Made by a program: the position numbers and the translations under genes
Shown here: piece after piece, positions 1 through 8,283 of the stretch
How positions within the stretch are numbered: position 1 is the stretch's first letter
Layout of the letters: each line of letters opens with the position of its first letter
Origin: a virus
Lineage: Duplodnaviria > Caudoviricetes
DNA length: 26,328 nucleotides
Reading direction: 5' to 3' (one strand)
Virus record (IMG/VR): IMGVR_UViG_3300046103_000813
Span: 1-26,328 of that record
Notes under the pieces: model-generated
What the model was told of the DNA's origin: nothing
Seen by the model: only the letters and a program-made list of their open reading frames with translations
Databases searched by the model: none

Positions 1-2
1 CT

Positions 3-695
3 AGTAACGAGCGTGATCCAGAAGATCCAGTCTCTGAAAATATGAGCATCATAAATCTTAAACCTGTAAAAGCTTTTGAATATCAAGATCATGAGGCTCA
101 CATCACTGTTCATATGACAGCAATGCAAGATCCTAAGATGCAGCAGGTTATTGGTAAGTCTGGTTTAGCTCAGGCAATACAGGCTTCAGCAGAGTCTCAC
201 ATCAGAGAGCATCTTGCTTTTGAATACAGGAAGCAGATTGAAAAACAGCTTGGCATTCCTCTTCCTCCAGTCGGAGAACCGTTGCCAGAAGATGTTGAAA
301 AAGAACTTGCTGGTCTTGTGTCTCAGGCTGCTGAGAAACTTCTTAGAAAAGATATGGCAGAAGCACAGCTTCAACAACAGATTCAACAATCTCAAGATCC
401 TGTTGTTCAGCAACAAAATCGTGAACTTGACATCAAGGAAGCTGAAGTTCAAAGAAAAGCTGAAGGCGAAAGACTTAGGGTCCAAGCCGATCTTGATAAA
501 ACAAAACTTCGTGATGCTACAGAACGTGACCGTATTGATGCCCAAAGAGAAATTGCTGGTGCTAATATTGGGGCACGGATTGCTGATAAGACAATACAAG
601 CGGAGTTAAAAGAGAAATCTATTGATGTTAGGGCTGCTGAAAAGGGTGCGGAGATTGGTGCAAATATTGCAAGAGAGTTTATAAAAAAACAGTAA
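3..695 (+). CDS. portal protein, C-terminal part (5' truncated by window edge)
   Basis: Frame is open from position 3 (SNERDPEDPVSENMSII...), upstream of the ORF-track start at 42. Motifs DPVSENM..KPVKAFEYQDHEAHI and a Q-rich coiled-coil tail resemble the portal C-termini of podovirus-like phages, and the gene lies upstream of the scaffold/capsid genes. Confidence 0.75.
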   Translation, partial: SNERDPEDPVSENMSIINLKPVKAFEYQDHEAHITVHMTAMQDPKMQQVIGKSGLAQAIQASAESHIREHLAFEYRKQIEKQLGIPLPPVGEPLPEDVEKELAGLVSQAAEKLLRKDMAEAQLQQQIQQSQDPVVQQQNRELDIKEAEVQRKAEGERLRVQADLDKTKLRDATERDRIDAQREIAGANIGARIADKTIQAELKEKSIDVRAAEKGAEIGANIAREFIKKQ

Positions 696-727
696 TTGAT
701 TGACTAAAATAAAAATGGGTGGCTTAA

Positions 728-913
728 ATGGACTTATATGATCTGCTTCTCAAGAAGATACGTGAGATGCTGAACGAGGGGGCTGATCACTTAGCTCTTG
801 GTGGAGCGAAAAGCTTTGAAGACTACCATCGGGTTGTTGGTAGAATTGAAGGGCTTTCGTTAGTTGAGAGGGAGATTCTGGACCTCCTTAAAAGCCAGGA
901 AGAAGAACCGTAA
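728..913 (+). CDS. small conserved hypothetical phage protein (61 aa)
   Basis: Helical ORF between portal and GroES; the GGAKSFEDYHRVVGRIEGL segment looks like the small gene usually found at this position. Confidence 0.7.
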   Translation: MDLYDLLLKKIREMLNEGADHLALGGAKSFEDYHRVVGRIEGLSLVEREILDLLKSQEEEP

Positions 914-956
914 TTTATTACGCACACGGGTAAGTACCCGCAACATTGGATGAACA

Positions 957-1322
957 ATGCAGAATAAAGATACTGAGGATACTAAATCCGCAGCGCAACT
1001 ACCCTCTCCCTGCGGTTACAAGATACTGCTAACCCTACCTGATATAGAAAAGAAAACAGACGGCGGCATTATTAAGCCAGACAGCATTCTTGCTATTGAA
1101 GAAGCAGCGACAGTCGTTGGTTTTGTTACCCAAATGGGACCAGACTGCTACAAAGACAAAAAAAGATTTCCTTCAGGACCATACTGCAAGGAAGGAGACT
1201 TTGTTTTAATCAGGGCTTTCCAGGGCACCCGTATAAAAATACACGGAACTGAGTTCCGCATGATCAACGATGATACCGTAGAGGCTGTTGTTGATGATCC
1301 GAGAGGATACGAAAGAGTATGA
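957..1322 (+). CDS. groES: GroES/Cpn10-like co-chaperonin
   Basis: P.GYKILL, mobile-loop-like KTDGGIIKP, G.V..MGPD, KEGDFV, and G.EFRMINDD.V.AVV match the Cpn10 pattern. Confidence 0.88.
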   Translation: MQNKDTEDTKSAAQLPSPCGYKILLTLPDIEKKTDGGIIKPDSILAIEEAATVVGFVTQMGPDCYKDKKRFPSGPYCKEGDFVLIRAFQGTRIKIHGTEFRMINDDTVEAVVDDPRGYERV

Positions 1323-2257
1323 ACAATACACTTGAAGAAGAACTCCAAGTAGAGATTGTGGATGATACTCCAGAACAGGACAAACCTTTTGTAAAGGAAC
1401 CTGATCAGCCAGAAGTGCGCGATCAGGATGCGGAATCGTCTGAGGACAATGATCTCGAAGGCTATAGCGAGAAGGTCCAAAAACGTATTAAGAAAATGAA
1501 GTACGACTATCACGAGGAGCGGAGGGCAAAGGAGTCTGCTGTCCGTATGCGTGAGGAGGCTGTTAAGTTCGCAGAGAATGCAAATCATGAAAATGCGAGA
1601 CTTAAAAAACTTATTGAAATTGGCGGAAAAGCATTAACCAGCGCAAGCGAAGCCCGTGTTGATAATGATCTTGGTAGCGCCGAGAGACTTTACAAAGAAG
1701 CTTATGAGAATGGTGATAGTGACTCGATGCTTCAGGCGCAGAAGCAGATTGCCACACTTACTTATGAAAAAAATAAACTAACCGAGCCAACTGGTTCTTG
1801 GAGTGATTATCCTCAAGAACCTGCACCCCAGCAACAGGCCGCTCAAGCGTTACCCGAAGCTGATCCAAAGGCAGTCGATTGGCTAAAAAACAATGACTGG
1901 TTTCAAAAACCGGGCAACGAAGAGATGACTTCCTTTGCTTACGGTCTTCACGAAAAACTTGTGAGGACTGAGAACGTTAACCCATCTAGTGATGAGTACT
2001 ATTCAAGAATTAATTCAAGGATGCGGGAAGTATTCCCTACATTCTTTGATATTAAGCAAGAAACAGTTACGGTTACCGATGAGGATATTTCTCCTCAAAG
2101 CCGACCAAGGACTGCCAACGTAGTTGCCCCCTCTCAGAGATCGACAGGTAAGGCACCTCGCAAAATTAAATTAACAGGGTCTGCTGTTAAATTAGCAAAA
2201 CGTCTCGGATTAACAAACGAGCAGTATGCAACTCAGGTATTAAAGGAATCAAACTGA
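1319..2257 (+). CDS. putative capsid scaffolding protein
   Basis: Acidic N-terminus, long coiled coil and basic C-terminal helix (KLAKRLGLTNEQYA); ATGA overlap with groES; upstream of the capsid gene. Confidence 0.6.
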   Translation: MNNTLEEELQVEIVDDTPEQDKPFVKEPDQPEVRDQDAESSEDNDLEGYSEKVQKRIKKMKYDYHEERRAKESAVRMREEAVKFAENANHENARLKKLIEIGGKALTSASEARVDNDLGSAERLYKEAYENGDSDSMLQAQKQIATLTYEKNKLTEPTGSWSDYPQEPAPQQQAAQALPEADPKAVDWLKNNDWFQKPGNEEMTSFAYGLHEKLVRTENVNPSSDEYYSRINSRMREVFPTFFDIKQETVTVTDEDISPQSRPRTANVVAPSQRSTGKAPRKIKLTGSAVKLAKRLGLTNEQYATQVLKESN

Positions 2258-2712
2258 TGCCTAATGACCGCGCAAAGAGAACCTCTGAAACCCGTGAAAC
2301 GGAAGAAAGAGCAAAAAGTTGGGCACCACCAGCGATTTTACCGGAACCTGAACCAGCAGAAGGCTACGTTTATAGATGGATAAGAACATCCACCTTGGGT
2401 AAGGCCGACAACAGAAATGTATCAATGCGGTTTAGAGAAGGCTGGGAGCCGGTTAAGGCAGAAGATCACCCCGAGATGAAAATCTCTAGTGATCATAATT
2501 CTACCTTTGAAGGGAATATAGAAGTTGGGGGCTTGCTTCTTTGCAGAACTGCAAAGGATAACGTAGCAAGTCGTGCAGCACACTATAGTCAGAAAGCCAG
2601 GAATCAAATGGAAGGTGTCGAGAAAAGCTACCTGAGAGATGACGACGCTCGGATGCCCCGTTTTATGGAGAGCAATTCTAAAGTCACTTTCGGGAAAGGT
2701 GGCCCTTCATAA
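2257..2712 (+). CDS. conserved hypothetical head-module protein
   Basis: TGATG coupling to the upstream gene; motif WAPP..LP.P...GY.YRWIR..T.G..D..NVS...REGWEPV typical of this phage head module. Confidence 0.7.
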   Translation: MPNDRAKRTSETRETEERAKSWAPPAILPEPEPAEGYVYRWIRTSTLGKADNRNVSMRFREGWEPVKAEDHPEMKISSDHNSTFEGNIEVGGLLLCRTAKDNVASRAAHYSQKARNQMEGVEKSYLRDDDARMPRFMESNSKVTFGKGGPS

Positions 2713-2757
2713 TGCTGTGATGGGTTATGTTTTAACTCGATAACTAAGGAGGTTGCT

Positions 2758-3366
2758 ATGACTGCAACTCTTGCTCCCTTTGGGCTACGCCCAATCGGTA
2801 CTCTTGGTGGAGGTCCGGTTCCTGCTATTCGGCAGTATCCGATTCTTTCTACTGAGTCCACACGCATCTGCTTCGGGGATGTTGTAAAACTGACCGATGC
2901 AGGTGGAACAACTACGATCCAGAAAGACACTGGCACCACAACTGCCACGCCAATCGGCATTTTTGTCGGCTGTCGCTTTACGGATCTTAACTCAAGCCAA
3001 TTAACCTTTAGTCAACAGTGGTCAGGTGCCGCTAATACTAGTGGTCTGGCTTATGTTATTGATGACCCAACTGTTCTCTTCACTCTGCAAGCAGACGGTA
3101 CGGTTAATGATGACGACCTCGCAGCCAACGCCGCGATTGTTCAGACTGCATCAAGTGCTGCTCTGAGTATTTCTCGGGTTACGTTGGATATTAGTACCGC
3201 CGCTACAACTAATACGCTCCCTGTGCGTATTGTTGATTGGCTTGGTGGTTACGATGGAGATCAGTATGGCACGGCTTACCCGATTATGGTTTGCCGTTTT
3301 AACGCAGGTCATCAACTTTCGCTTATTGCTAGTGGCTCTACTGCCGCAGCACCAAGTGCAGCGTAA
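2758..3366 (+). CDS. putative capsid decoration/minor head protein
   Basis: Strong RBS AAGGAGG upstream; APFGLRPIG start; beta-rich Thr/Ala/Gly composition; immediately upstream of the major capsid gene. Confidence 0.6.
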   Translation: MTATLAPFGLRPIGTLGGGPVPAIRQYPILSTESTRICFGDVVKLTDAGGTTTIQKDTGTTTATPIGIFVGCRFTDLNSSQLTFSQQWSGAANTSGLAYVIDDPTVLFTLQADGTVNDDDLAANAAIVQTASSAALSISRVTLDISTAATTNTLPVRIVDWLGGYDGDQYGTAYPIMVCRFNAGHQLSLIASGSTAAAPSAA

Positions 3367-3380
3367 GGAGGAATTGACCT

Positions 3381-4286
3381 ATGGCTATTTCACGCGCTCA
3401 ACTACTCAAGGAACTTCTTCCTGGCCTTAATGCTTTGTTTGGTTTGGAGTACGGTAAGTACGACAACGAACACGAAGACATTTACGAAAGCGAATCTTCT
3501 GATCGTTCATTTGAAGAAGAAGTAAAGCTTTCAGGCTTCGGTGCTGCTCCAGTGAAACAAGAAGGTGCAAGTATCGCTTATGATACAGCACAAGAAAGTT
3601 TCACAGCTCGGTATAATCACGAAACCATTGCAACAGGCTTTTCTATTACGGAAGAAGCAATGGAAGATAATCTTTATGATTCTCTTTCTGCCCGTTATAC
3701 GAAGGCTCTTGCACGAGCAATGGCTTATACTAAGCAAACTAAAGCTGCGGCTATCCTCAATACTGGATTTGACGTTTATCAAAGTGGCGATGGTGTCACT
3801 TTGTTTAATGCTTCTCACCCAACGGTATCTGGTGGCGTTAATGCCAACAGACCTTCTTCTGGTGCGGATCTGAACGAAACTAGTCTTGAGGCTGCTGTTA
3901 TTTCAATCGCAGGATATGTGGATGAACGGGGTCTCTTGATCGCGGCTCGCCCACAGAAACTTATTGTTCCGGCGGACCTGATGTTTGTTGCTACCCGTAT
4001 CTTAGATTCGACTCTTCGGACTAACACGGCTGACAATGACATTAGTGCCATCAACAACAATGGTACTATTCCTGGCGGATACGCAGTAAACCACTATTTG
4101 ACAGATACAAATGCGTGGTTCCTAACGACTGACGTACCAAACGGTATGAAATACTTTACTCGTACACCTCTTCAGACTTCTATGGATGGAGATTTTGATA
4201 CTGGTAACGTTCGCTACAAGGCTCGGGAACGGTATAGCTTCGGCGTATCAGACCCGCTTGGCATCTACGGATCGCCTGGAGCTTAG
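3381..4286 (+). CDS. major capsid protein (HK97 fold, Mu gpT-like family)
   Basis: RBS AAGGAGG; MAISRAQLLKELLPGLNALFGLEY start, LIVPADL, NHYLTDTNAWF, and GDFDTGNVRYKARERYSFG.SDP.G C-terminus; followed by a terminator. Confidence 0.92.
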   Translation: MAISRAQLLKELLPGLNALFGLEYGKYDNEHEDIYESESSDRSFEEEVKLSGFGAAPVKQEGASIAYDTAQESFTARYNHETIATGFSITEEAMEDNLYDSLSARYTKALARAMAYTKQTKAAAILNTGFDVYQSGDGVTLFNASHPTVSGGVNANRPSSGADLNETSLEAAVISIAGYVDERGLLIAARPQKLIVPADLMFVATRILDSTLRTNTADNDISAINNNGTIPGGYAVNHYLTDTNAWFLTTDVPNGMKYFTRTPLQTSMDGDFDTGNVRYKARERYSFGVSDPLGIYGSPGA

Positions 4287-4308
4287 TAAGCTTATGTATG
4301 ACTTTATT

Positions 4309-4337
4309 AAAGGGGGGCTTCACAGCTCCCCTTTTTT
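4309..4337 (+). terminator. rho-independent terminator after the major capsid gene
   Basis: AAAGGGGGGCT-TCAC-AGCTCCCCTTT hairpin (11 bp with one G-U) running into a T6 tract at 4332-4337. Confidence 0.85.
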
Positions 4338-4344
4338 AATGTAA

Positions 4345-4415
4345 ACTACGACACACTAGAATTACATTTTTAATCCTGACTATCCCTTGGATAGACACTA
4401 GCCACGACAGGAGTC
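4345..4415 (+). ncRNA. candidate structured cis-regulatory RNA downstream of the capsid gene (possibly the Mu-gpT-DE motif)
   Basis: Outer stem TCCTG(4374-4378)/CAGGA(4408-4412), inner hairpin CTATCC-CTT-GGATAG (4380-4394), and GAC at three junctions (4378, 4394, 4406). Its position after a gpT-like capsid gene matches the described context of Mu-gpT-DE. Boundaries are approximate. Confidence 0.5.
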
Positions 4416-4419
4416 TCAT

Positions 4420-5019
4420 ATGGCTAAAACAACTTTCAGCGGACCAGTCCGTTCACTCGGCGGCTTTACAGGCTTAGTAGAAGCAGCGGGAACTGGCACA
4501 GAAACAACTAACTTTGAATTAGATTCCAGTGGTAACATTGACAAAGTTGGCGACATTACCAGCACGGGTACTATTACTACATCCAGTACACTGTCTGCTC
4601 GTCGCCCTGTTGATACTCGTTGGGAAGCCACAGGAGCCATTACTGCCGCTTTAACGATTGCACAGTCAGGAACAATAGTTCCCATTCACGGAACACTGGA
4701 TAATATTGTTAATCTTCCTGCTTCAAGTGGTTCCAACGAAGGGGCTTACTTTGATTTTGTAGTCACCACAGCAGTTGGTTCTGGTAAAACAACTACTGTT
4801 GTTATTCCAACCGCAACGGGTAGTACCTTCCTGGGTCAAACTCAGTTGGCGGCAGGAACAGCAGCTAACCCTGTGATTACAAACGCAGGTGATACTTTCA
4901 CCTTTATTGCTGCAACAGGAATCGGTGGGCGTTGTAAGATTGAATGTATTACTGACGACGGCACAAAACAAATCTGGGTTGCTACGAGTGCTTGTACTCC
5001 TATCGCTACTATTGGCTAG
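4420..5019 (+). CDS. putative virion structural protein (head fibre/decoration-like)
   Basis: RBS AGGAG 4409-4413; N-terminus MAKTTFSGPVRS.GGF; Thr/Gly-rich beta composition. Confidence 0.65.
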   Translation: MAKTTFSGPVRSLGGFTGLVEAAGTGTETTNFELDSSGNIDKVGDITSTGTITTSSTLSARRPVDTRWEATGAITAALTIAQSGTIVPIHGTLDNIVNLPASSGSNEGAYFDFVVTTAVGSGKTTTVVIPTATGSTFLGQTQLAAGTAANPVITNAGDTFTFIAATGIGGRCKIECITDDGTKQIWVATSACTPIATIG

Positions 5020-5048
5020 TAGAGTCAACATTTATTAAGGAGTGAAGT

Positions 5049-5657
5049 ATGTCAGGTAATGATGTCCAGGCCCGGTACATAGGCCCAGCAGCATCTGATG
5101 ATAATGGGATATCTGCTGCGGCTACGTTATCTGGAGCAGGAAACTTAACCATTGGTGGGGCTTTAGCCGATGGTGGGTCTGTTACTTTAGATGATGCCCG
5201 TAATATTATCATTACCAGTGCAGGTGATGATCGAGGTGACACGTTTACTATTACTGGCACAGACGAAACAGGTGCTGCTCAGACGGAGGCGATCACTGGT
5301 GCTAACGCTGGTGTTGCTACAGGCACTAGCTACTTTACAACGATAACGCAGATAGCTTGCTCTGGTGCCACCACAGGTGACGTTGAAGCTGGAACCGGAA
5401 CATCCGTCGCCGCTAAGGTTACGGACAACCGGGTGCGTCTTCGTGGTTTGCAGTATGCAGGAAACTCAACTGGTGGTGTCATTGAAGCAAGAAACAGCAG
5501 TGCTACAGGATCTGTTCTGTATAAGTTTGACTCAGGCGCTGTAGCCGAGGTTGTTTATCCAACAATACCGGATGATGGCATTGTCTTTTCTGCTGGCGTG
5601 TATTTCGTTTATACGCAAACCGCTGTGGTAAGTTTAACCGCATTCTACGAAGGGTAG
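5049..5657 (+). CDS. putative virion structural protein
   Basis: RBS AAGGAG; Gly/Ala/Thr-rich beta-strand protein (ITSAGDD.G.TFTITGTD..G..QTEAITG). Confidence 0.65.
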   Translation: MSGNDVQARYIGPAASDDNGISAAATLSGAGNLTIGGALADGGSVTLDDARNIIITSAGDDRGDTFTITGTDETGAAQTEAITGANAGVATGTSYFTTITQIACSGATTGDVEAGTGTSVAAKVTDNRVRLRGLQYAGNSTGGVIEARNSSATGSVLYKFDSGAVAEVVYPTIPDDGIVFSAGVYFVYTQTAVVSLTAFYEG

Positions 5658-5663
5658 TATTGT

Positions 5664-6062
5664 ATGCCTTTACCACTTGCTGCGATCCCCCCCGCTGCTG
5701 CTGCTGCTACAAGGCTTGCTTCAAGGTTAGGCCCTGGGGTTAGTAGATTAATGAGAAGGCTTGGAAAGGGTAAGCCCCCTCGCTCTAGTGTTCCACAGTC
5801 AGGTCCACAGGTTCCCACTGATTCTGGGGTTTCGGGAATGGTTCGACGTGGTGTTGGTGCTGCGCGTAACCCCGCCCTTAGAGACCCAGAACAGTTTAAA
5901 GAAGACCCTGAAGGCTTAACCGTACCGGAGCCTATTAATATTAGGGATGAGTATAGAAAACTTAATAAAAAGCTTGAACAGCTTACTAAGCCCAAGCCTA
6001 AGCTCGCCAGTAGTCAGGTTAGACCAACTCGCAAACCACTGAATAGAAAGAATAGAGGATAG
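5664..6062 (+). CDS. hypothetical basic Pro/Arg-rich protein
   Basis: Fills the gap between co-oriented genes; highly basic and low complexity. Confidence 0.55.
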   Translation: MPLPLAAIPPAAAAATRLASRLGPGVSRLMRRLGKGKPPRSSVPQSGPQVPTDSGVSGMVRRGVGAARNPALRDPEQFKEDPEGLTVPEPINIRDEYRKLNKKLEQLTKPKPKLASSQVRPTRKPLNRKNRG

Positions 6063-6066
6063 TGTT

Positions 6067-6813
6067 ATGGTAATGTCAGCTCTTACTAAAGCTAAGACCG
6101 CCTTAAAGGTCGCTAAAGAAGCTTTAAAAAAGAAAAAAACCGGCGCTAATGTTCGCGCTGCCGCTCGGTCCACAACACCTAAGACAGACAAGATGTTGCC
6201 CAGAGTTACTAGGGCACAACGAGCTAAAATTGTTCGCGACAAAAGAAGGCGAGCAGTCGCCGCAGCTAAAAATAAAAATGCAGGTATCACTGCCGCCCGT
6301 AAGCCTATTAACAAAGCTGGCCGTGAGCTTGGAACCCCTTTGGCGCTAGCGGGAGCCACGCTAGGAGCTTTGCCCCTGACTAAAGCAAAAACCTACAGCG
6401 TAAAAAAGGGAGACACTCTTTCTCAGATTGCTAAGAGAGAAGGCATTTCCCTGAAGGATATTAAGGCCGCTAACTCAACCATTAAAAATCTTAATAAGAT
6501 TAATGCCGGACAGAAAATTAAATTGCCGCGTATGTTATTGTCTAAAAACAACCCCTACAAGGGCATGACCAAGGCTGAGATGGCTGCTATTTCTAAAAAG
6601 AAACCTGTAGTCAAAAAGAAAATGGCTGGTGGTATGGTCAAAAAGAAAATAGCTGGCGGTGTAGTTAAAAAGAAAAAGGCTGGCGGTATAACCAGAGCAA
6701 AGCCAAAAATGAAAATGATAAGAGCAAAGCCAAAAATGAAAATGATAAGAGCAAAGCCAAAAATGAGAATGATAAGAGCAAAGCCAAAAATGCTAAGAGC
6801 AAAGCCAAAATGA
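6067..6813 (+). CDS. very basic Lys/Arg-rich protein with a LysM domain
   Basis: LysM consensus at 6391-6528 (TYSVKKGDTLSQIAKREGISLKDIKAANSTIKNLNKINAGQKIKLP) flanked by histone-H1-like K/A/R-rich regions; RBS AGAGGA. Confidence 0.8.
   Translation: MVMSALTKAKTALKVAKEALKKKKTGANVRAAARSTTPKTDKMLPRVTRAQRAKIVRDKRRRAVAAAKNKNAGITAARKPINKAGRELGTPLALAGATLGALPLTKAKTYSVKKGDTLSQIAKREGISLKDIKAANSTIKNLNKINAGQKIKLPRMLLSKNNPYKGMTKAEMAAISKKKPVVKKKMAGGMVKKKIAGGVVKKKKAGGITRAKPKMKMIRAKPKMKMIRAKPKMRMIRAKPKMLRAKPK
6610..6690 (+). repeat. 3 x 27-nt coding tandem repeat (VKKK(M/I/K)AGG(M/V/I))
   Basis: Units at 6610, 6637 and 6664, e.g. gtcaaaaagaaaatggctggtggtatg. Confidence 0.85.
6694..6813 (+). repeat. 27-nt coding tandem repeat (RAKPKMKMI): 3 full and 2 truncated units
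   Basis: agagcaaagccaaaaatgaaaatgata at 6694 and 6721 (identical), 6748 (1 change), 6775 (21 nt) and 6796 (18 nt, ending in the stop codon). Confidence 0.92.
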
Positions 6814-6897
6814 TGGGTCTACTAGATTCTCTTTAATAGAAGTGGGTAAACCCTCCGAAATTTGGTGCCTAAAAATTAAACGTAAATTGGTGTTTTA

Positions 6898-7575
6898 ATG
6901 GATATTGAAGATATCGTTTACGGTGAGGTATCAGAAGAGAACAAGGACATTATGGCTCGGGAATTAAAGTTTTTACCGGACATAAAAAATCCAGAACGTA
7001 TGGTGCCTATGCCGTTTGAGAACTCCTCTTTAGAAACAGAGGACGATTTGATTTCTATTTCTTCATTGTCGGGTGAATTATCAGATGATGAAATGAAATC
7101 TATAGACGAACAAGATGAGGATTTTGTTGAAAGCTCTTTTGTCCCGTACTTAAAGGACAATGGTATTGATGTGAACGAAGATGATATTTACGAAATAGTT
7201 GATGACATAGCTTCTATTGTTATGAAGGCTAAGTATAAATTTAATAGACCAAGACCAGAACAGCTTGCTGAGTTTCATAATGTAGAAATCAAACCAAGAG
7301 AAGGAAAGTCAGCAAATTCTCCATCTTATCCTTCGGGGCATTCGGCACAAGCAACCTTCCTAGCTCGGATGCTAGGGGATCAAAACCCTAAGCATAGGGT
7401 GGGTTTAATGGAGATAGGTGAAGAGATTGGAATAAATAGGTTAAAGGGAAATTTCCATTACCCGTCAGATCACGAAGCTGGCGTAAAGCTTGGGAAAGAT
7501 CTTTACGATCTATACAAAGTAAATAAAGCTAGTGATACCAAAATTGATAAAGAAAAACGAACGAAGTATATTTGA
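6898..7575 (+). CDS. PAP2-superfamily (acid phosphatase / vanadium haloperoxidase-like) soluble enzyme
   Basis: All three PAP2 motifs present: KYKFNRPRP (7231-7257), YPSGHS (~7327-7344) and NRLKGNFHYPSD (~7435-7470). Acidic, with no obvious transmembrane helices or signal peptide. Confidence 0.88.
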   Translation: MDIEDIVYGEVSEENKDIMARELKFLPDIKNPERMVPMPFENSSLETEDDLISISSLSGELSDDEMKSIDEQDEDFVESSFVPYLKDNGIDVNEDDIYEIVDDIASIVMKAKYKFNRPRPEQLAEFHNVEIKPREGKSANSPSYPSGHSAQATFLARMLGDQNPKHRVGLMEIGEEIGINRLKGNFHYPSDHEAGVKLGKDLYDLYKVNKASDTKIDKEKRTKYI

Positions 7576-7577
7576 TT

Positions 7578-8273
7578 ATGGCAGTATCAACTACAGCGGT
7601 ATTTAACTTAGATATCAATGAGGTCTGTGAAGAAGCCTTTGAACGGGCTGGCACGGAACTTCGTTCTGGTTATGACTTAAAGACAGCAAGAAGAAGTCTT
7701 AACCTTATGTCCCTTGAGTGGATTAATAGGGGTATAAATCTTTGGACTGTTGAGGAAGGCTCCGTTGCTTTAGTTGCGGAGGATGGTTCTTACCCATTAC
7801 CAGAAGATACAATAGATCTTTTAGAGCATGTTATAAGAAGTAATACTGGGACTACGAGTCAATCAGATTTTAATTTAGCAAGAATATCAGTCACAACATA
7901 TTCTCAGATACCCAACAAGACAAGTACAGGAAGACCAACTCAAATATATATAGATAGGCAGAGAGACGCGCCTGTTGCATATCTTTGGCCGCTTCCAAGT
8001 TCTACTTATGCTGGGGACTTTTTGCAGTATTGGCGGATAAGGCGGATTAAGGACACAGGAATACTTGGTTCAAACGATTATGATGCACCTGCAAGGTTCC
8101 TCCCTGCCTTAACTGCTGGTCTTGCTTATTACATAGCGATGAAAAAACCAAACCTTACCGATAGACTCCCCATACTTAAAGCTGCTTATGAAGAACAGTT
8201 TAAGTTGGCGGCTGATGAAGACAGAGAAAAGGCACCTATTTCTTTTGTGCCCGCGTTAGATCGCCTAGCGTAA
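7578..8273 (+). CDS. head-tail adaptor / tail tubular protein-like
   Basis: Likely ATG at 7578; EEAFERAG.ELRSGYDLKTARRSLNLM..EW.NRG.NLWT and GRPTQ.Y motifs resemble podoviral adaptor proteins. Confidence 0.7.
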   Translation: MAVSTTAVFNLDINEVCEEAFERAGTELRSGYDLKTARRSLNLMSLEWINRGINLWTVEEGSVALVAEDGSYPLPEDTIDLLEHVIRSNTGTTSQSDFNLARISVTTYSQIPNKTSTGRPTQIYIDRQRDAPVAYLWPLPSSTYAGDFLQYWRIRRIKDTGILGSNDYDAPARFLPALTAGLAYYIAMKKPNLTDRLPILKAAYEEQFKLAADEDREKAPISFVPALDRLA

Positions 8274-8283
8274 TGGGTGTGTC

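Noticed and set aside
700-729. Possible sigma70 promoter TTGACT-N18-TTAAAT
   Set aside because: The -10 match is weak and overlaps the start codon of the next gene; not supportable.
6610-6813. Tandem repeats as a possible CRISPR array
   Set aside because: Units are directly adjacent, in-frame 27-mers with no unique spacers and no cas genes.
6810-6836. Tiny ORF MMGLLDSL after the basic protein
   Set aside because: Only 8 codons with no clear RBS; better explained as the shifted continuation of the repeat.
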